DNA of 64,000 nucleotides from Octopus vulgaris (Eukaryota), in assembly GCA_951406725.2 (NCBI GenBank), contig OX597835.1, positions 14,632,001 through 14,696,000 of the forward strand, read 5' to 3'. Under the pieces are notes generated by a model. It saw only the letters and a list, made by a program, of their open reading frames with translations. It ran no database searches and was not told the DNA's origin. Position 1 is the stretch's first letter; the number at the start of each line of letters is the position of its first letter. Below, in pieces: positions 1 to 12,900 of the stretch. The translations under genes and the position numbers were made by a program.

Positions 1-176
1 CTTACTTGAAATAATTACACACAGACACTTGTTTCTAGGTTGAAAAAAAAATTTAAGTCGATAGGAAAAATATATATGACACCCATCAATCAATAAATGC
101 AATTATATATACATACATCATTGTAGACATACATATATTGGAATATGGACATGTCTTGCTATTATTATCATTATCA

Positions 177-360
177 AGGTAGCGAGCAGGTAGAAATGCT
201 TTGCGGTATTTCGCCCGTCGCTACGTTCTGAGTTCAAATTCCGCTGAGGTCGACTTTGTCTTTCGTCCTTTCGGGCTCAATAAATCAAGTAGTGAAACAC
301 TGAGGTCGATGTAATCGAATAGCCCCCAAAATTTCAAGCCTTGTGCCTATAACAGAAGGG

Positions 361-437
<77 letters not shown>

Positions 438-525
438 GGCGGTCAGTTGGCAGAATCCTTAGCACGCTGGACGAAATGTTTAGCGGTATTTCGCCAGTCG
501 CTACGGTCTGAGTTCAAATTCTGAG
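177..525 (+). mobile_element. Degenerate SINE A2 (A head/core, ...gccttgtgcctata tail), then (ATT)n, then a second truncated SINE A head
   Basis: B-box-like gagttcaaattcc and core gaggtcgactttgtctttcgtcctttcggg; the tail runs into (ATT)n at 361-435; second head ggcggtcagttggcagaa at about 438. Confidence 0.8.
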
Positions 526-694
526 TTGCATATCTAGACATGGTCATATATATCTAAATGATAAACTTCTGGAAAGTTTTACAGATTTTAACAATTCCAT
601 TGATGGATTGGATCTGTAGTCTTCGAATGTATGTATTTACGTATGTATGTGTGTATGTGTGTAAGTATAGGTAGACAGAAAGATATATATATAT

Positions 695-925
695 ATAAAT
701 TAGAAAAAAAATCACCTTTTATAAATTCAAAATGAACAATTAAATTACACCATCTAGAAAATTACATATAATAGAAATATTAAAACCAAAATAACAATAA
801 TATTGAATTGATAAAAGGTGTTTTTTTCTAATTGTTATATATATATATATGTTATATTTTGTGAGATTTGATTTAGTATTTCTAAATTGAATTTTTCCCT
901 GTAAGTTAGGAAATATATTCCCTCA

Positions 926-930
<5 letters not shown>
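695..930. repeat. Dispersed (TA)n-embedded repeat with internal inverted repeat, probably a Penelope-like terminal remnant
   Basis: aattagaaaaaaaatcaccttttataaattcaa is inverted at about 803-833; near-identical sequence occurs at 55621-55770. Confidence 0.6.
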
Positions 931-956
<26 letters not shown>

Positions 957-1220
957 GAAAGGTACATGCATATTATACTATGTACATACATGTTGATAAA
1001 TACATACACACACATTTGTATATTATTCACGTATATACATATATGTGTGCATGCATGCATGTATGTACATTGTGTGTATATTATATATGTGTGTGTGTGT
1101 GCATGAGTGTGTGTATGTATCACGTTTTCATTTTACTCTGAGTGAAAAGGAGATGAACGAGTTTCAAATAGGAGTGAAAATACTATTCCCCAGGTTCTGT
1201 AGTTCTCACAATGAGACATA

Positions 1221-1484
<264 letters not shown>

Positions 1485-1973
1485 GTCTACGTCGAACTTT
1501 CTTACAGTTTCGATGGAAGTGAAACTATTCTATTATTGAAATACAATAATAAAAAAAAAAGAACTTTTAACTAACGAACGAGCCTTCTTTAAAATCACAA
1601 GGGAAAGGTCAGATATGATGGATGACATTTGTGATTTGGAATAAAACGAAGCTTTTCCATGCAACAATAGCACCTGTGCTTCAACGGTGACGGTTCTTCA
1701 CAAGGTTGACTTAAATACTTTTTTCTGTCTGATTTCCCAGTCTGTAACATTTGTCATAATTTTACAGTGATTTCAGGTATGAAACTAATATGAAATTCTC
1801 GCCTGTACTCATATGATTACATGTTTTCTGTATTCTGTATGCTAAATAATATTGGTTCCTATGTATGTATGTGTGTGCATGAATGTAACCCTCGTGCGAC
1901 TTTGCGGGGTTTTATCTCTGTTTCTTTTTTGTTTTCTTCTTCTGTTCCGTTTATTTGACTGGACTTTGCTCTA

Positions 1974-2008
1974 GCATCCGATGAAAGACCATATCCGAAA
2001 CGTCAGAC
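1974..2008 (+). ncRNA. Candidate degenerate type-I hammerhead ribozyme motif
   Basis: CCGATGA-aagaccatatcc-GAAAC-GTC-aga; stems I and II are weak. Confidence 0.35.
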
Positions 2009-2327
2009 TTTTATTCTATAACTTTTGCTCCTTAACATTTCTCTTCTATTTTTTTTTAGCATCAACCTAATAAGAGCCATTTATTTGATGAAGGAGCGGA
2101 AAAGTGGAACTTAGAGTGTGTGTGTGGAGAGAGAGAGAGAGAGAGAGAGAGTAGAAGAAAAAGTAGAAAGTCCTTGGTACAGTATTATATATTTGAAAAA
2201 AATGAATAGAAATGCCTTTTCTGATAATTGTTTCACTTCATAATTAGTTGCTATTTCTAGCAATGCTGGTACTACTTTATGCCCTTGTCACTTTAGTGAC
2301 GTTTATAAATTAATAAGCCACCTACAT

Positions 2328-2940
<613 letters not shown>

Positions 2941-3629
2941 TACGTCTTCGTGAAAATTACTTTCGGTTCCATTAAGAATTATATTAAATATGGAACTACC
3001 AAAGATACATATACTGAAATGTTGATGTTCATAGTCGAACGTTCCAAGCCAACACAAGATGCTTCATTTTTACCATTTTTTTCCTTCTTCTTCTTCTTTC
3101 TTTGTATCAGAGATTCTGATGCTGCTATACAAGACGCCTGTACATACCAACATCTTTGTATTCTAATTATTCTTAATGAATAGGTCTTCATAATGATTGC
3201 TCCACAGACGCTCTCTTCTCATCAAGTGAAAGTCTATATTCATAAAGTAATCTTAGCTCTATAATTATATATAATACGCTACTGTATCTCACTGGTATTT
3301 TGACAAGGGTATTATACAGGTGAAAGTATTTGAAGATATTTGCTATCAACTGCTTATCATTTTTTTTTTGCTTATTTTCTTTCTTGCCTTTTGTTGTTGT
3401 TGTTGTTTTTTGTTTTTTGTTTTGTTTTTGGATTGCGTTGCCGCACGGTTTTCTTATTATACATGACAACCGCCTATACATCTATTATGTATTTATATAT
3501 CTATTATATATATTTTCACTGTTATTGAAACCAGCAGCTGCTGATGTGTCTCAAGTTAGTATAGCTTTTGCAGCCTCGTTTCAAACAAAAAAAATTACAA
3601 AAATGTAAAAAATTAGACAACAATGTCAG

Positions 3630-3631
3630 TG

Positions 3632-3687
<56 letters not shown>

Positions 3688-3801
3688 CGTGGTGGTGATA
3701 GTAGTGGTAGTAGTAGTAGTAGTAGTAGTAGTTGTCGTGGTAGTAGTTGTGTAGTTGTCGTGGTGGTGGTAGTTGTGGTAGTAGTAGTGGTGGTAGTAGT
3801 A

Positions 3802-3834
<33 letters not shown>

Positions 3835-4327
3835 GTTGTCGTGGTAGTAGTTGTGTAGTTGTCGTGGTGGTGGTAGTTGTGGTAGTAGTAGTGGTGATAG
3901 TAGTAGCAGCGCAGTAGTAGCGGTAGTAGTAGTAGTAGTAGTAGTAGTAGTCGTGGTAGTAGTAGCAGTAATAGTGGGCAGTAGTAATGGTAACAATAAT
4001 AGTGGCAGTGGTAGTGGTAGTTGTGGTAGTTGTAGTAGTGGTAACTGCGGTGGTGATATTTGTGGTAATGGTACAGGTAGTAGTAGCAGTAGTAGTAGTG
4101 GTGGCAATAGTAGTAGCAGTATTAGTAGTAGTTGTGGTGGTGGTGGTGGTAAATGTGGCGATGGTAGTGGTACATGTAGCAGTAGTGGTGGTGGCCGTAG
4201 TAGAAATGGTAGTAGTAGTGGTGGGGGGGTCAGTGCTTGTGGTGATAGTAGTTGTAGTAGTGGTGGCAGTATTCTTAACAGTGGTGCTAGTTGTAGTAGT
4301 GATGGGCACGGTCGTCGTCGTCATCGC

Positions 4328-4370
<43 letters not shown>

Positions 4371-4378
4371 CCAGTAGT

Positions 4379-4419
<41 letters not shown>

Positions 4420-4432
4420 TATTAGTAGTAGC
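3630..4432. repeat. (TAG)n/(GGT)n/(CAG)n trinucleotide low-complexity tract
   Basis: Direct reading; explains the poly-S/T/V/L ORFs. Confidence 0.97.
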
Positions 4433-5289
4433 TGTTATTAACTGACCTTTTTGTGACCTTTTTCAAACGCACTGATTGTTACGGCGAGTTAAGCCATCTT
4501 ACGTACGATTCGAAACCTTAATCTTTCCGGGCGCAACATTGACTATTGAAAAGGTTGCAAGACGCAACGAAGATTTTTAGGAAAATAAAAATAAGAAATT
4601 AGTGGAAATTTTACCGGTGAGTGTGTTAAATAATAAGGCACCAAAAGAAAATGACTCTCCCCAGACACAACAGAATATGCTTCAACACACGAACTCACAT
4701 AAAGAATCTTGCAAACCAAACCCCAAAAGACGAAACGTAGTTTAGTTTAGAATTAATAACTCGGGTCAAAGGCACTCCTCATTGTGGAAAAGGGTTAACC
4801 GGCTCAAAATACCAAAATACCTTCAGTTTTTCTTTCTTTTTTCTCTCTTTTATTTTTTATTCATTTATTTATTTATTTATTGTCGTTAAGGTAATCTTAC
4901 TGGTAATGGCAATGGTAGGAACGGAGAGTAGATGAGAGATGATACACGACGCTTTCGAAATTTACCAAAGTTCGTTTTGAGAATGTGGAAGCGCTGGGGT
5001 TCTCTGTTATAATAATAATAGCTTTCACCATTTAAAACAGTTCTACTATATGAGCTGCCTTCTTGTGCAAAACAAACACTGATGCTTGTTTTCGTTTATT
5101 TATATATTTTAGATTTTTCATAGATATAATCTAGATTATATTTTTTTCTTCGCACCAAATGTGACTATTATTGCGAGCGGTACACATGTTTGCATGCATT
5201 CATAAAAAAATATCTGCCTGTTTAATGCATCAATGAAAATATGCATGCTATTCATAAGTATGTATTTCAAAGTAACTTACCACACAATT

Positions 5290-5780
<491 letters not shown>

Positions 5781-6459
5781 ATGTATGTATATATGTATAC
5801 ATATATGTATTATGTATGTATCTATATAAAGGCATGTGTGTGTGTGTGTGTAATGTGTGTGCCAGATATATACATATATATGCAGGTGAGTTAGACATCA
5901 CACAAAATCCAACACAGTTATAAACGCTACACCTACGTGCGTGTGTGTGTGTGTGTCCGTCTATGTGTGTGTGTGTGTGTGCGTGTGTATACGCGAGTAC
6001 ATACACATCGACATATTAAAAACAAATGGAAAAATACTTTGAAGTCTTTATTATATATAAAAAATGGAAAAGCTATTACGTTTCATCAAAAGCTGCTACC
6101 GGTTTCAATTGCAGTGACTCTGTACTGATGCAAATAGAAATGAATTAAGTCAAATAAAAAATTAATCGTTGATAATAACGGTTTTGAAAGTTCACGATTA
6201 TTTTTATTACGAAATTTACGTATCTGCCGTTGCTGGCCTCTCTTTGATAGCTGCTGTGGTCATAGCAGTGGCAACAGTTGGCAACCGTAGCAGCAGCAGT
6301 GGTGATTGGTCTATTGTGCTTTGTTGGCAGCACTGATATTAATCACTGGTATGAGTAATTATATATTGGGGGTGACAGAATTTGTTGCAACAATGGTAGT
6401 GTAGTAGTCGTGGTAGTTGTGATGCTAGTAGAAGTGACTGCATCAGCCACAACAGCATC

Positions 6460-6494
<35 letters not shown>

Positions 6495-6607
6495 AAGAAG
6501 AAGAAGAAGAAGAAGAAGAAGAAGAAGAAGAATAAACGATTGTGACTCTAGGTGTAGAAGCATCAGTCTGCTCCCCTCGTTCAGCAACAGCACTGGCGAT
6601 ACTGGCC

Positions 6608-6671
<64 letters not shown>

Positions 6672-6742
6672 AAATGATTGTGACTAGGTGTAGAAGTATC
6701 AGTCTGCTCCCCTCATTCAGCAACAGCACTGGCGATACTGGC

Positions 6743-6790
<48 letters not shown>
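6460..6790. repeat. About 135-bp tandem duplication embedded in (TAG)n
   Basis: gattgtgact..aggtgtagaag(c/t)atcagtctgctcccctc(g/a)ttcagcaacagcactggcgatactggc occurs at about 6538 and 6677. Confidence 0.9.
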
Positions 6791-6791
<1 letters not shown>

Positions 6792-6829
6792 TTGGTAGTT
6801 GCAGCAGTAGTAGTATCTTATGCTTCCCA

Positions 6830-7380
6830 TAGTTGTGGAGAAGTGGCTGGTTTTTCGCTATGAATGTAATTTCTTAAGTGATGCTTTGCTGTTAGGGAGT
6901 GTTAGAGACAAATTGATACAAAGGAAGACTGTAAATTAAGTTGTTTCTTACTCGCACATGTGTCCATATGTTCACTGAGGTCCCTTTCCGTTGGATTTTC
7001 ATGTCTATGTAGAGTCATCCTTTGTCTTAAAAACATTCCGGTTTGCTCTATATACTTTTCTTCACAACCTGAATAAGATATGCATAAATTGGGTATTCGG
7101 ATGCATAGGTAAAATTACTTCTTTACTCCGAGAAGTTGCTTTTGTTTCAAAAGGATCTCCGATCTTTCTCCCAAACTTCCACACATTCCATTGTTGGATA
7201 GGCCACATTTCTTACGGTTGGTTCTGTTATTACTGTAAATACTTTTGCCTCTGTTAATATATTTTTTATTGATTTAGGCGGGTGTTTTTTCATAATGGTA
7301 AGTGTTTATAAAATATCATTTTCTATGGCTCTCGGATCGACCCACACCATGAATTGGGTTCGTAGAAACTGCATAGAAGC
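6830..7380 (-). pseudogene. Decayed Penelope-like retroelement C-terminus (zinc-binding region plus GIY-YIG endonuclease)
   Basis: Manual minus-strand translation with frameshifts gives KCGLSNNGMC...SNFTYASEYPIY...SGCEEKYIEQTGMFLRQRMTLHR...SEHMDTCA, matching the PLE pattern (LIYxIxCxxC...YIGQT...LRxRxxxH...H). Confidence 0.75.
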
Positions 7381-7749
7381 CCGTGCTTGGATTGTACCTA
7401 AAATTGAAAGGGATCCGCCCTTGTCGCATACTGTGTCACTTATACGTTACTTCAGGGGCAGGTAATTTAGTTGATCGAACAATTGATACCTCTTCGTCGA
7501 ACGAAGAAGATCCAACACCACCATCATCACCACCACCATCGCTGCCATCGCCGCCGCCGCCGCCATTAAATTTGAAAGAGAAATAATCTAACATTCTGGC
7601 ACAAGTTCAGCCCGCAACGCCCAGCTTGTTCTTTATATCAAACATTCTGTTAGTTGCTCTGTCCACATCCACAGTAGATTAATATTCCATTAAATATACT
7701 TCGGTTAAGAGAATTGAAAAAAAAATAATGTATCTTTACCATTATTTAT

Positions 7750-8540
7750 GATTTGTCTCTGTGGAATATTCCACAGAGAAATGTTAGAATGTTTACAAAA
7801 TTTAATGCAGTTAATCTCTGATTTGTATTTCAGACACCTCTTCCCACTGTGTTGATTTACTGTCGAACGCAGCTCACCGCCATCTTGCTTTCTAACTATG
7901 TCAAATATGGCTATAGAAACACAACCAATGTGAGAAACTTTCTCCTCCTACGCACTTCAAATCCAATTAATCCAAATAATATCATTTTATATTCGATCGG
8001 TTTCGTATAAAGCTACTGTATCATTTGCACAGAGACAACTGTTTTCCGAAAATATGAAGCCGAGATTTAAACGAAGGTAGCATTTCCTTTTAGCTTGGTT
8101 TATTCTGAGCCAAGGTCACAATGAACTGACTATAAATACAGAGCTTATAATCTGCCTAGGACGAGCTGTTAATATCGATAGTTTTGTTAAATTAGCAGTT
8201 TTAGTGTTATTACCGTTTTACAAGATGAATGTAGATTCGCAACAATCGGAAGAAACTCGTAAAAATTAGTCTTCTGCTTCAAATGTATTGGGTAATTGTT
8301 AAATACGTGTAGGAGTGACATATTTGCTACGGAACAAATTTATATGAAACGAGGAAGGGTGGGCGGGAAATAAACAGTTTATAGCCTCGTTTCCAGCACT
8401 TAGAAACCCAATATATGCATCGAACGGTTTTATGAAAATAAAGTAAAAATATATTCGGTCTTTTAGTGACGATGATGATCCTTTCATCTTGCGAGGCAGC
8501 ATCAGAAATGTATTTGCATACTAAAGGATTCGGTAAAGGA
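7750..8540. promoter_or_regulatory. Candidate promoter/first-exon island
   Basis: Repeat-free stretch with minus-strand CAAGATGGCG|GTGAG (YY1-type motif, ATG at 7883, splice donor), DRE-like TATCGATA at about 8173 and E2F/GC-box-like GGGCGGGAAA at about 8361. Confidence 0.3.
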
Positions 8541-8851
8541 AAACATTAAGCAAGCATTTTATATGAGCCAAAGGAAACATAAGCGCTTCCTTCCATTCTA
8601 GAATGTTATGGATACAAGTTATTCACGCCATTCAATCAGACGAAACAAAACCCGAGTTTATTTTACAGAAGTACTTCATGCACGGCAATTAGTTGCAATA
8701 TTTACTGCTGCTAATCAATGAAGCATATCTACCTTGAAGCTGCTAGAGACCAATAATCATTATGGGTGTAAATTAGGAAACGGAATAACAGTGAAAAACC
8801 GAAAAATGTTCAACAGAAGAAAAGAGAGAGATGGATTTATTTCTGAACAGA

Positions 8852-8883
<32 letters not shown>

Positions 8884-8889
8884 ATATAG

Positions 8890-9090
8890 TTAATACAAAC
8901 CTGAAAACACAGCAACGCGAGGACGTGGAACAAGTATAGTATTATTGAACGCTAAGGAAAGAAGGAAAGAAGGAGGGTTTAATGTTTCGAGCTGTGCTCT
9001 TCGTCAGAAACATAGGAAAAGGAAAGATCCATAGAAGGGAAGACGGAGGAAAAAAATCGCCAACGGTACACACGCGGTCACATTTTGAAT
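8890..9090 (-). mobile_element. Short (TA)n-flanked Penelope-pLTR-like element carrying a hammerhead motif
   Basis: Homologous to 51620-51820; both are flanked by TA repeats and contain the same hammerhead core. Confidence 0.65.
8977..9011 (-). ncRNA. Minimal type-I hammerhead ribozyme motif
   Basis: Minus strand reads gttt-CTGACGA-a-gagc(aca)gctc-GAAAC-ATT-aaac; stem I is gttt/aaac, stem II gagc/gctc, with a G>A change at the GUH triplet. Confidence 0.65.
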
Positions 9091-9094
9091 ATAT

Positions 9095-9103
9095 ATATAA
9101 ACA

Positions 9104-9155
<52 letters not shown>

Positions 9156-9187
9156 CACGTATTTATATGTATGTGTATGTATCTATA

Positions 9188-9220
<33 letters not shown>

Positions 9221-9458
9221 TTGTGTGTGTGTGTGTGTGTGTATATATATTAGTGTGTGTACATATATATATATATATATATATGTGTATATATATATGT
9301 GTATATATATGTATATGTATATATATGTGTGTATATATATATATTTGTATATATATGTATATATATATATATGTATATATATGTATATGTATATATATAT
9401 GTAAATATACGTATGCGTATATATATATATATGTATATATATGTATATCTATATATAC

Positions 9459-9540
<82 letters not shown>
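9095..9540. repeat. Compound (ACAT)n/(TA)n/(TG)n/(GA)n microsatellite
   Basis: Direct reading. Confidence 0.95.
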
Positions 9541-9543
<3 letters not shown>

Positions 9544-9934
9544 CACTAAGTGAACATCCAATATGCTGGGCCACTGGTTTAAATTGATATTGATTATTAA
9601 ATGAATATTCAACTGTTTACCCTTAGAATTTACAATTATATATATACATATATATAATTTCAAAACATTTCTGTACCTTCGGTTACGGTTTCAGGGTCAG
9701 GGTTAGGGTTAGAGTTTTAGGGTTAGTATTTTAGAGTTAGTGTTCGGGGGAAAAGTGAAAATTGAAGAAGTTGGAGGAAAAGGGGGTGAATTTCACAATG
9801 CCGATTTTTGGCAATTTTCCGGAACCTCCGTATCAGAAAACTGGGATTTTTTGTAAAAAAGGAATTACAAAAATAAACAAATTTGGAAGAAAATGGCGAC
9901 GGGGACGGAAGTCTTTCCAAAATTAGAAGCGAAG

Positions 9935-10135
9935 GGTGGAAAACGGGTAGAATCGTTAGCACACCGAACAAAAATGCTTAGCAGCATTTTGTCATCTTTA
10001 CGTTCGGAGTTTAAATGCTGTTTTTCATTTCTTCGGGGTCGATAAAATAAGTACCAGTTGAATGTTAGGGTCGATGTAATCGGCTTACGCCCTCCCTCAA
10101 AACTGTTGACCTTGGGTTAAAATTTTAATCCAATA
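9935..10135 (+). mobile_element. Degenerate SINE A2
   Basis: gtagaatcgttagcacaccg...ttcggggtcgataaaataagtaccagttg...gggtcgatgtaatcg. Confidence 0.7.
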
Positions 10136-10654
10136 ATTAGAAATGGTGTCGCCCCGTTGATCCCTCTTGCTTTGTCGACATTGACTTTGTGTAATGAATT
10201 CATCAACACTTTACAACTATCGTATGTACCTAATGAATTTAGTTTATTTCATTGATGGACATAATTTTTGGGTGTAACCAATAAAAATCTTCAATATTTA
10301 AGTGACTTCTTCATTCATTGAGGTATAACATAATGGCAGCTACAATCCTGGTGTGTAACCAATAGAAATCTTTAATATCTAAATGGATTCTTCAACCAAT
10401 GAGGTCTAACCACTCTCCTATATTTTTAAATTCTGTAAGAGTTGTGGTTCCTCGCGACACAAACATTGTGAAAGGAACTAAATTGCCGATCACCGCCGTT
10501 TTACCGATTAAACAAGATGTCTCACGTGCATAGGTCGTCTGGCTTTCAAATTTGTAATACAAATTGGCTGTAGGCCTTCGCTGAACCCAAAATCTCCGAG
10601 TGGCCGACATATAATCTATCAAAGGTAGGTAAGCATCTTTTTAAGCCCTATATA

Positions 10655-10925
10655 CAGGATGGGTCATAAGTCATGCACCAAAACACTTGACATTTCATTT
10701 CTATTACGCTTTTTTTATTATTACTGAAATGTACAATATATATTAAAGAATACGCATACCACCCGTTTTGCGGCGAAACAAAAACCCTAACCCTAAACAC
10801 CTGGTGTGCGTATTCTTTACCTTCGGTTAGGGTTAGGGTTTTTGTTACTCCGAAAACCGATGGTGTGCGTATTCTTTACCTCCGCCCACCTTTTAATCTT
10901 GGTGCGTGACTTTTAGCCCGCTCTA
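10655..10925. mobile_element. Tc1/mariner-type MITE with a nested insert containing telomeric repeats
   Basis: Left TIR caggatgggtcataagtcatgcaccaa versus reverse complement of right end tagagcgggctaaaagtcacgcaccaa; TA flanks; insert at 10744-10880. Confidence 0.65.
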
Positions 10926-10968
10926 TTATATATATATGTTTTTGAAGTAATATTATTGCGTTAATTAA

Positions 10969-11189
10969 CCCTTTAGTGTTCAGATTACTCTGTTAAATGT
11001 AATGCTTTTTTATTTAAATTGTTTTGAATTAATCATGCATTACCTTACAGCTTTGAGGTTTCAATGATGTGATTGTTTATTTTTAGAATGTCAATGTAGG
11101 TTAGGTGTGAGAGGCTGGATATGGCCAGTTTGAATATAAAATATGTAGAATATATTGGGCCGGATTTGGCCAGTTTAAACACTGAAGGG
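10969..11189. mobile_element. piggyBac-like MITE
   Basis: TTAA|CCCTTTAGTGTT...AACACTGAAGGG|TTAA, i.e. TIRs plus a TTAA TSD. Confidence 0.85.
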
Positions 11190-11521
11190 TTAAGGTAGAT
11201 GAAATTTGATTAAATATGCTTAGATTTTTTTTTAAAGCTTTTTGTCAACATGAGTATGTTTAATATTTTTATATTTTGCCATAATTTCTCTACGGTAAGT
11301 TCAGACCCTGTCTGCGTATTCCGAATATATCTTTATTTCATTTTTTTATATTGGTAATTTTGCGTTTGACTCTTCGCCCGAGATTCGAAATCAAAACGTT
11401 TTATTCTGCTATTGAAATTTGAATATGTCGACTCGTTGATATTCTTGATTTTAAATACATTTTTAATTCATAGACATCTTGTATTTTATACATTAAAAAG
11501 GAAAAAAAAAACTGACTTTAA

Positions 11522-12162
11522 CCTGTGAAGTCCCACTGTCCTATAAATAGGACACTAAATGAGAACACTAAATAAGCTATATCACATTGTCTCGGTGTAC
11601 TATTTATAGGACACCGAGTATTTCCATTCCTACTTGAAGTAAACGAGTTTTAATAATTGACTTTTTTTCATTTTAACTTATTTTCAATCATCTGTAAAAA
11701 ATTTAAAGGGATCTTTTCGGTTTGAACGGCAGTTTTTTTTATTAAATAATTTCCACGTAACTAAACACTTTTAAACTTCGTATACTGGTAGAATGTGTTT
11801 ATAAAACATCTTTTTCTCTTGGCTTTATTGAGGAATTTCTATAGTTTGTAAGATATTTGTTGTTTTTTTCTTCAATTTCTACCAATCAATGACGTCTATT
11901 GAGGTGAAAACATTGTGTCGTATGAATATGTCCGTCGTTTAAGAAACAGATTGGGTTTATTTACATTTCTGAATAAAAAAGATACCATTCCCTCCTCCCC
12001 ACCCATAACTAACCCTAACATATTGAAATGCAATAGATCGATACTAGGGTCATAATTAAGGGTGACAATTTCATATGGCACCGCTAGAAAAACTACCGTT
12101 CAAACCGAAAAGATCCTTTTAAAGTAATATTAAGAAATTTAAGTATTCTGGGACTTAATGTG
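11522..12162. mobile_element. Degenerate TTAA-flanked MITE hosting a nested element
   Basis: ttaa|cctgtgaagtccca...tgggacttaatgtg|ttaa; internal inverted repeat tgtcctat-aa-ataggaca. Confidence 0.45.
11707..12118. mobile_element. Non-autonomous TIR DNA transposon with TTAA TSD (Kolobok-like termini)
   Basis: About 30-bp TIR ggatcttttcggtttgaacgg(c/t)agttttt; context ttaa|AGGGATC...GATCCTT|ttaa. Confidence 0.8.
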
Positions 12163-12313
12163 TTAAATGTATTTCCTATTTAAATTGGGGTTGGCCTCAC
12201 CATAATTTCTATAACGACGTCTTCTGTTAAAGTATACAAAGGAAACGTGAGACCAGTATATTAAAGGGGGAAAAAACTTCCTTCCAAAATGAAGTACAGT
12301 GATTCGTTATCCT

Positions 12314-12456
12314 GGCGTGGGGTGTTCGTTTTGAGCAGACCGCACGGGGGACCACTTTAGAAAGGGAGCAGGGAGAATGTTGAAGGTACGTTGAGCTTAA
12401 GGAAAGAGCGACGAATTTGGTTACCGTACAGAGCAGTCAAAATCCACCCTACGCCC
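12314..12456. mobile_element. Possible old MITE
   Basis: Imperfect TIR ggcgtggggtgttcgttttga / tcaaaatccaccctacgcc. Confidence 0.35.
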
Positions 12457-12789
12457 ATGCTATACCACGATACTAACTATTCATGTGAAACAGTTAAAAA
12501 GATTTAGAATTATCTGTTAAATGTACTGACATAGCAAGGGAATAGTGACAGAGAGGTTTTGGCAGACCAGTAAACATACCAGTTGTCAACCTAAGAGAAG
12601 CAGGTTCGATTCCTACTTGTCTTTTATTATGCATTCCATTTTCCTATTCGCGTTGCAAACCTGCGTAAATCGCTCTTGGAAAGCGTAAACACACATACCC
12701 CACACACACACAGATCTCTCTCCCTCCCCCACTCCCTCTCTCCCTCCCCCACTCCCTCTCTTCCTCCTCTCTCTCTCTTCCTCCTCTCC

Positions 12790-12900
12790 CTCTCTCTTCT
12801 TCCCCCACTCTCTCTTCTTCCCCCACTCTCTCTTCTTCCCCCACTCTCTCTTCTTCCCCCACTCTCTCTTCTTCCCCCACTCTCTCTTCTTCCCCTACTC
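12790..12900. repeat. 18-bp minisatellite (ctctcttcttcccccact)n
   Basis: About 6 copies, direct reading. Confidence 0.92.

Noticed and set aside
1590-1745. Possible minus-strand exon (TGKSDRKKYLSQPCEEPSPLKH...)
   Set aside because: Weak acceptor tract and no recognisable protein; cannot be supported without RNA data.
12545-12622. tRNA-like segment with B-box ggttcgattcc
   Set aside because: I could not build acceptor and anticodon stems; at most a decayed SINE head.
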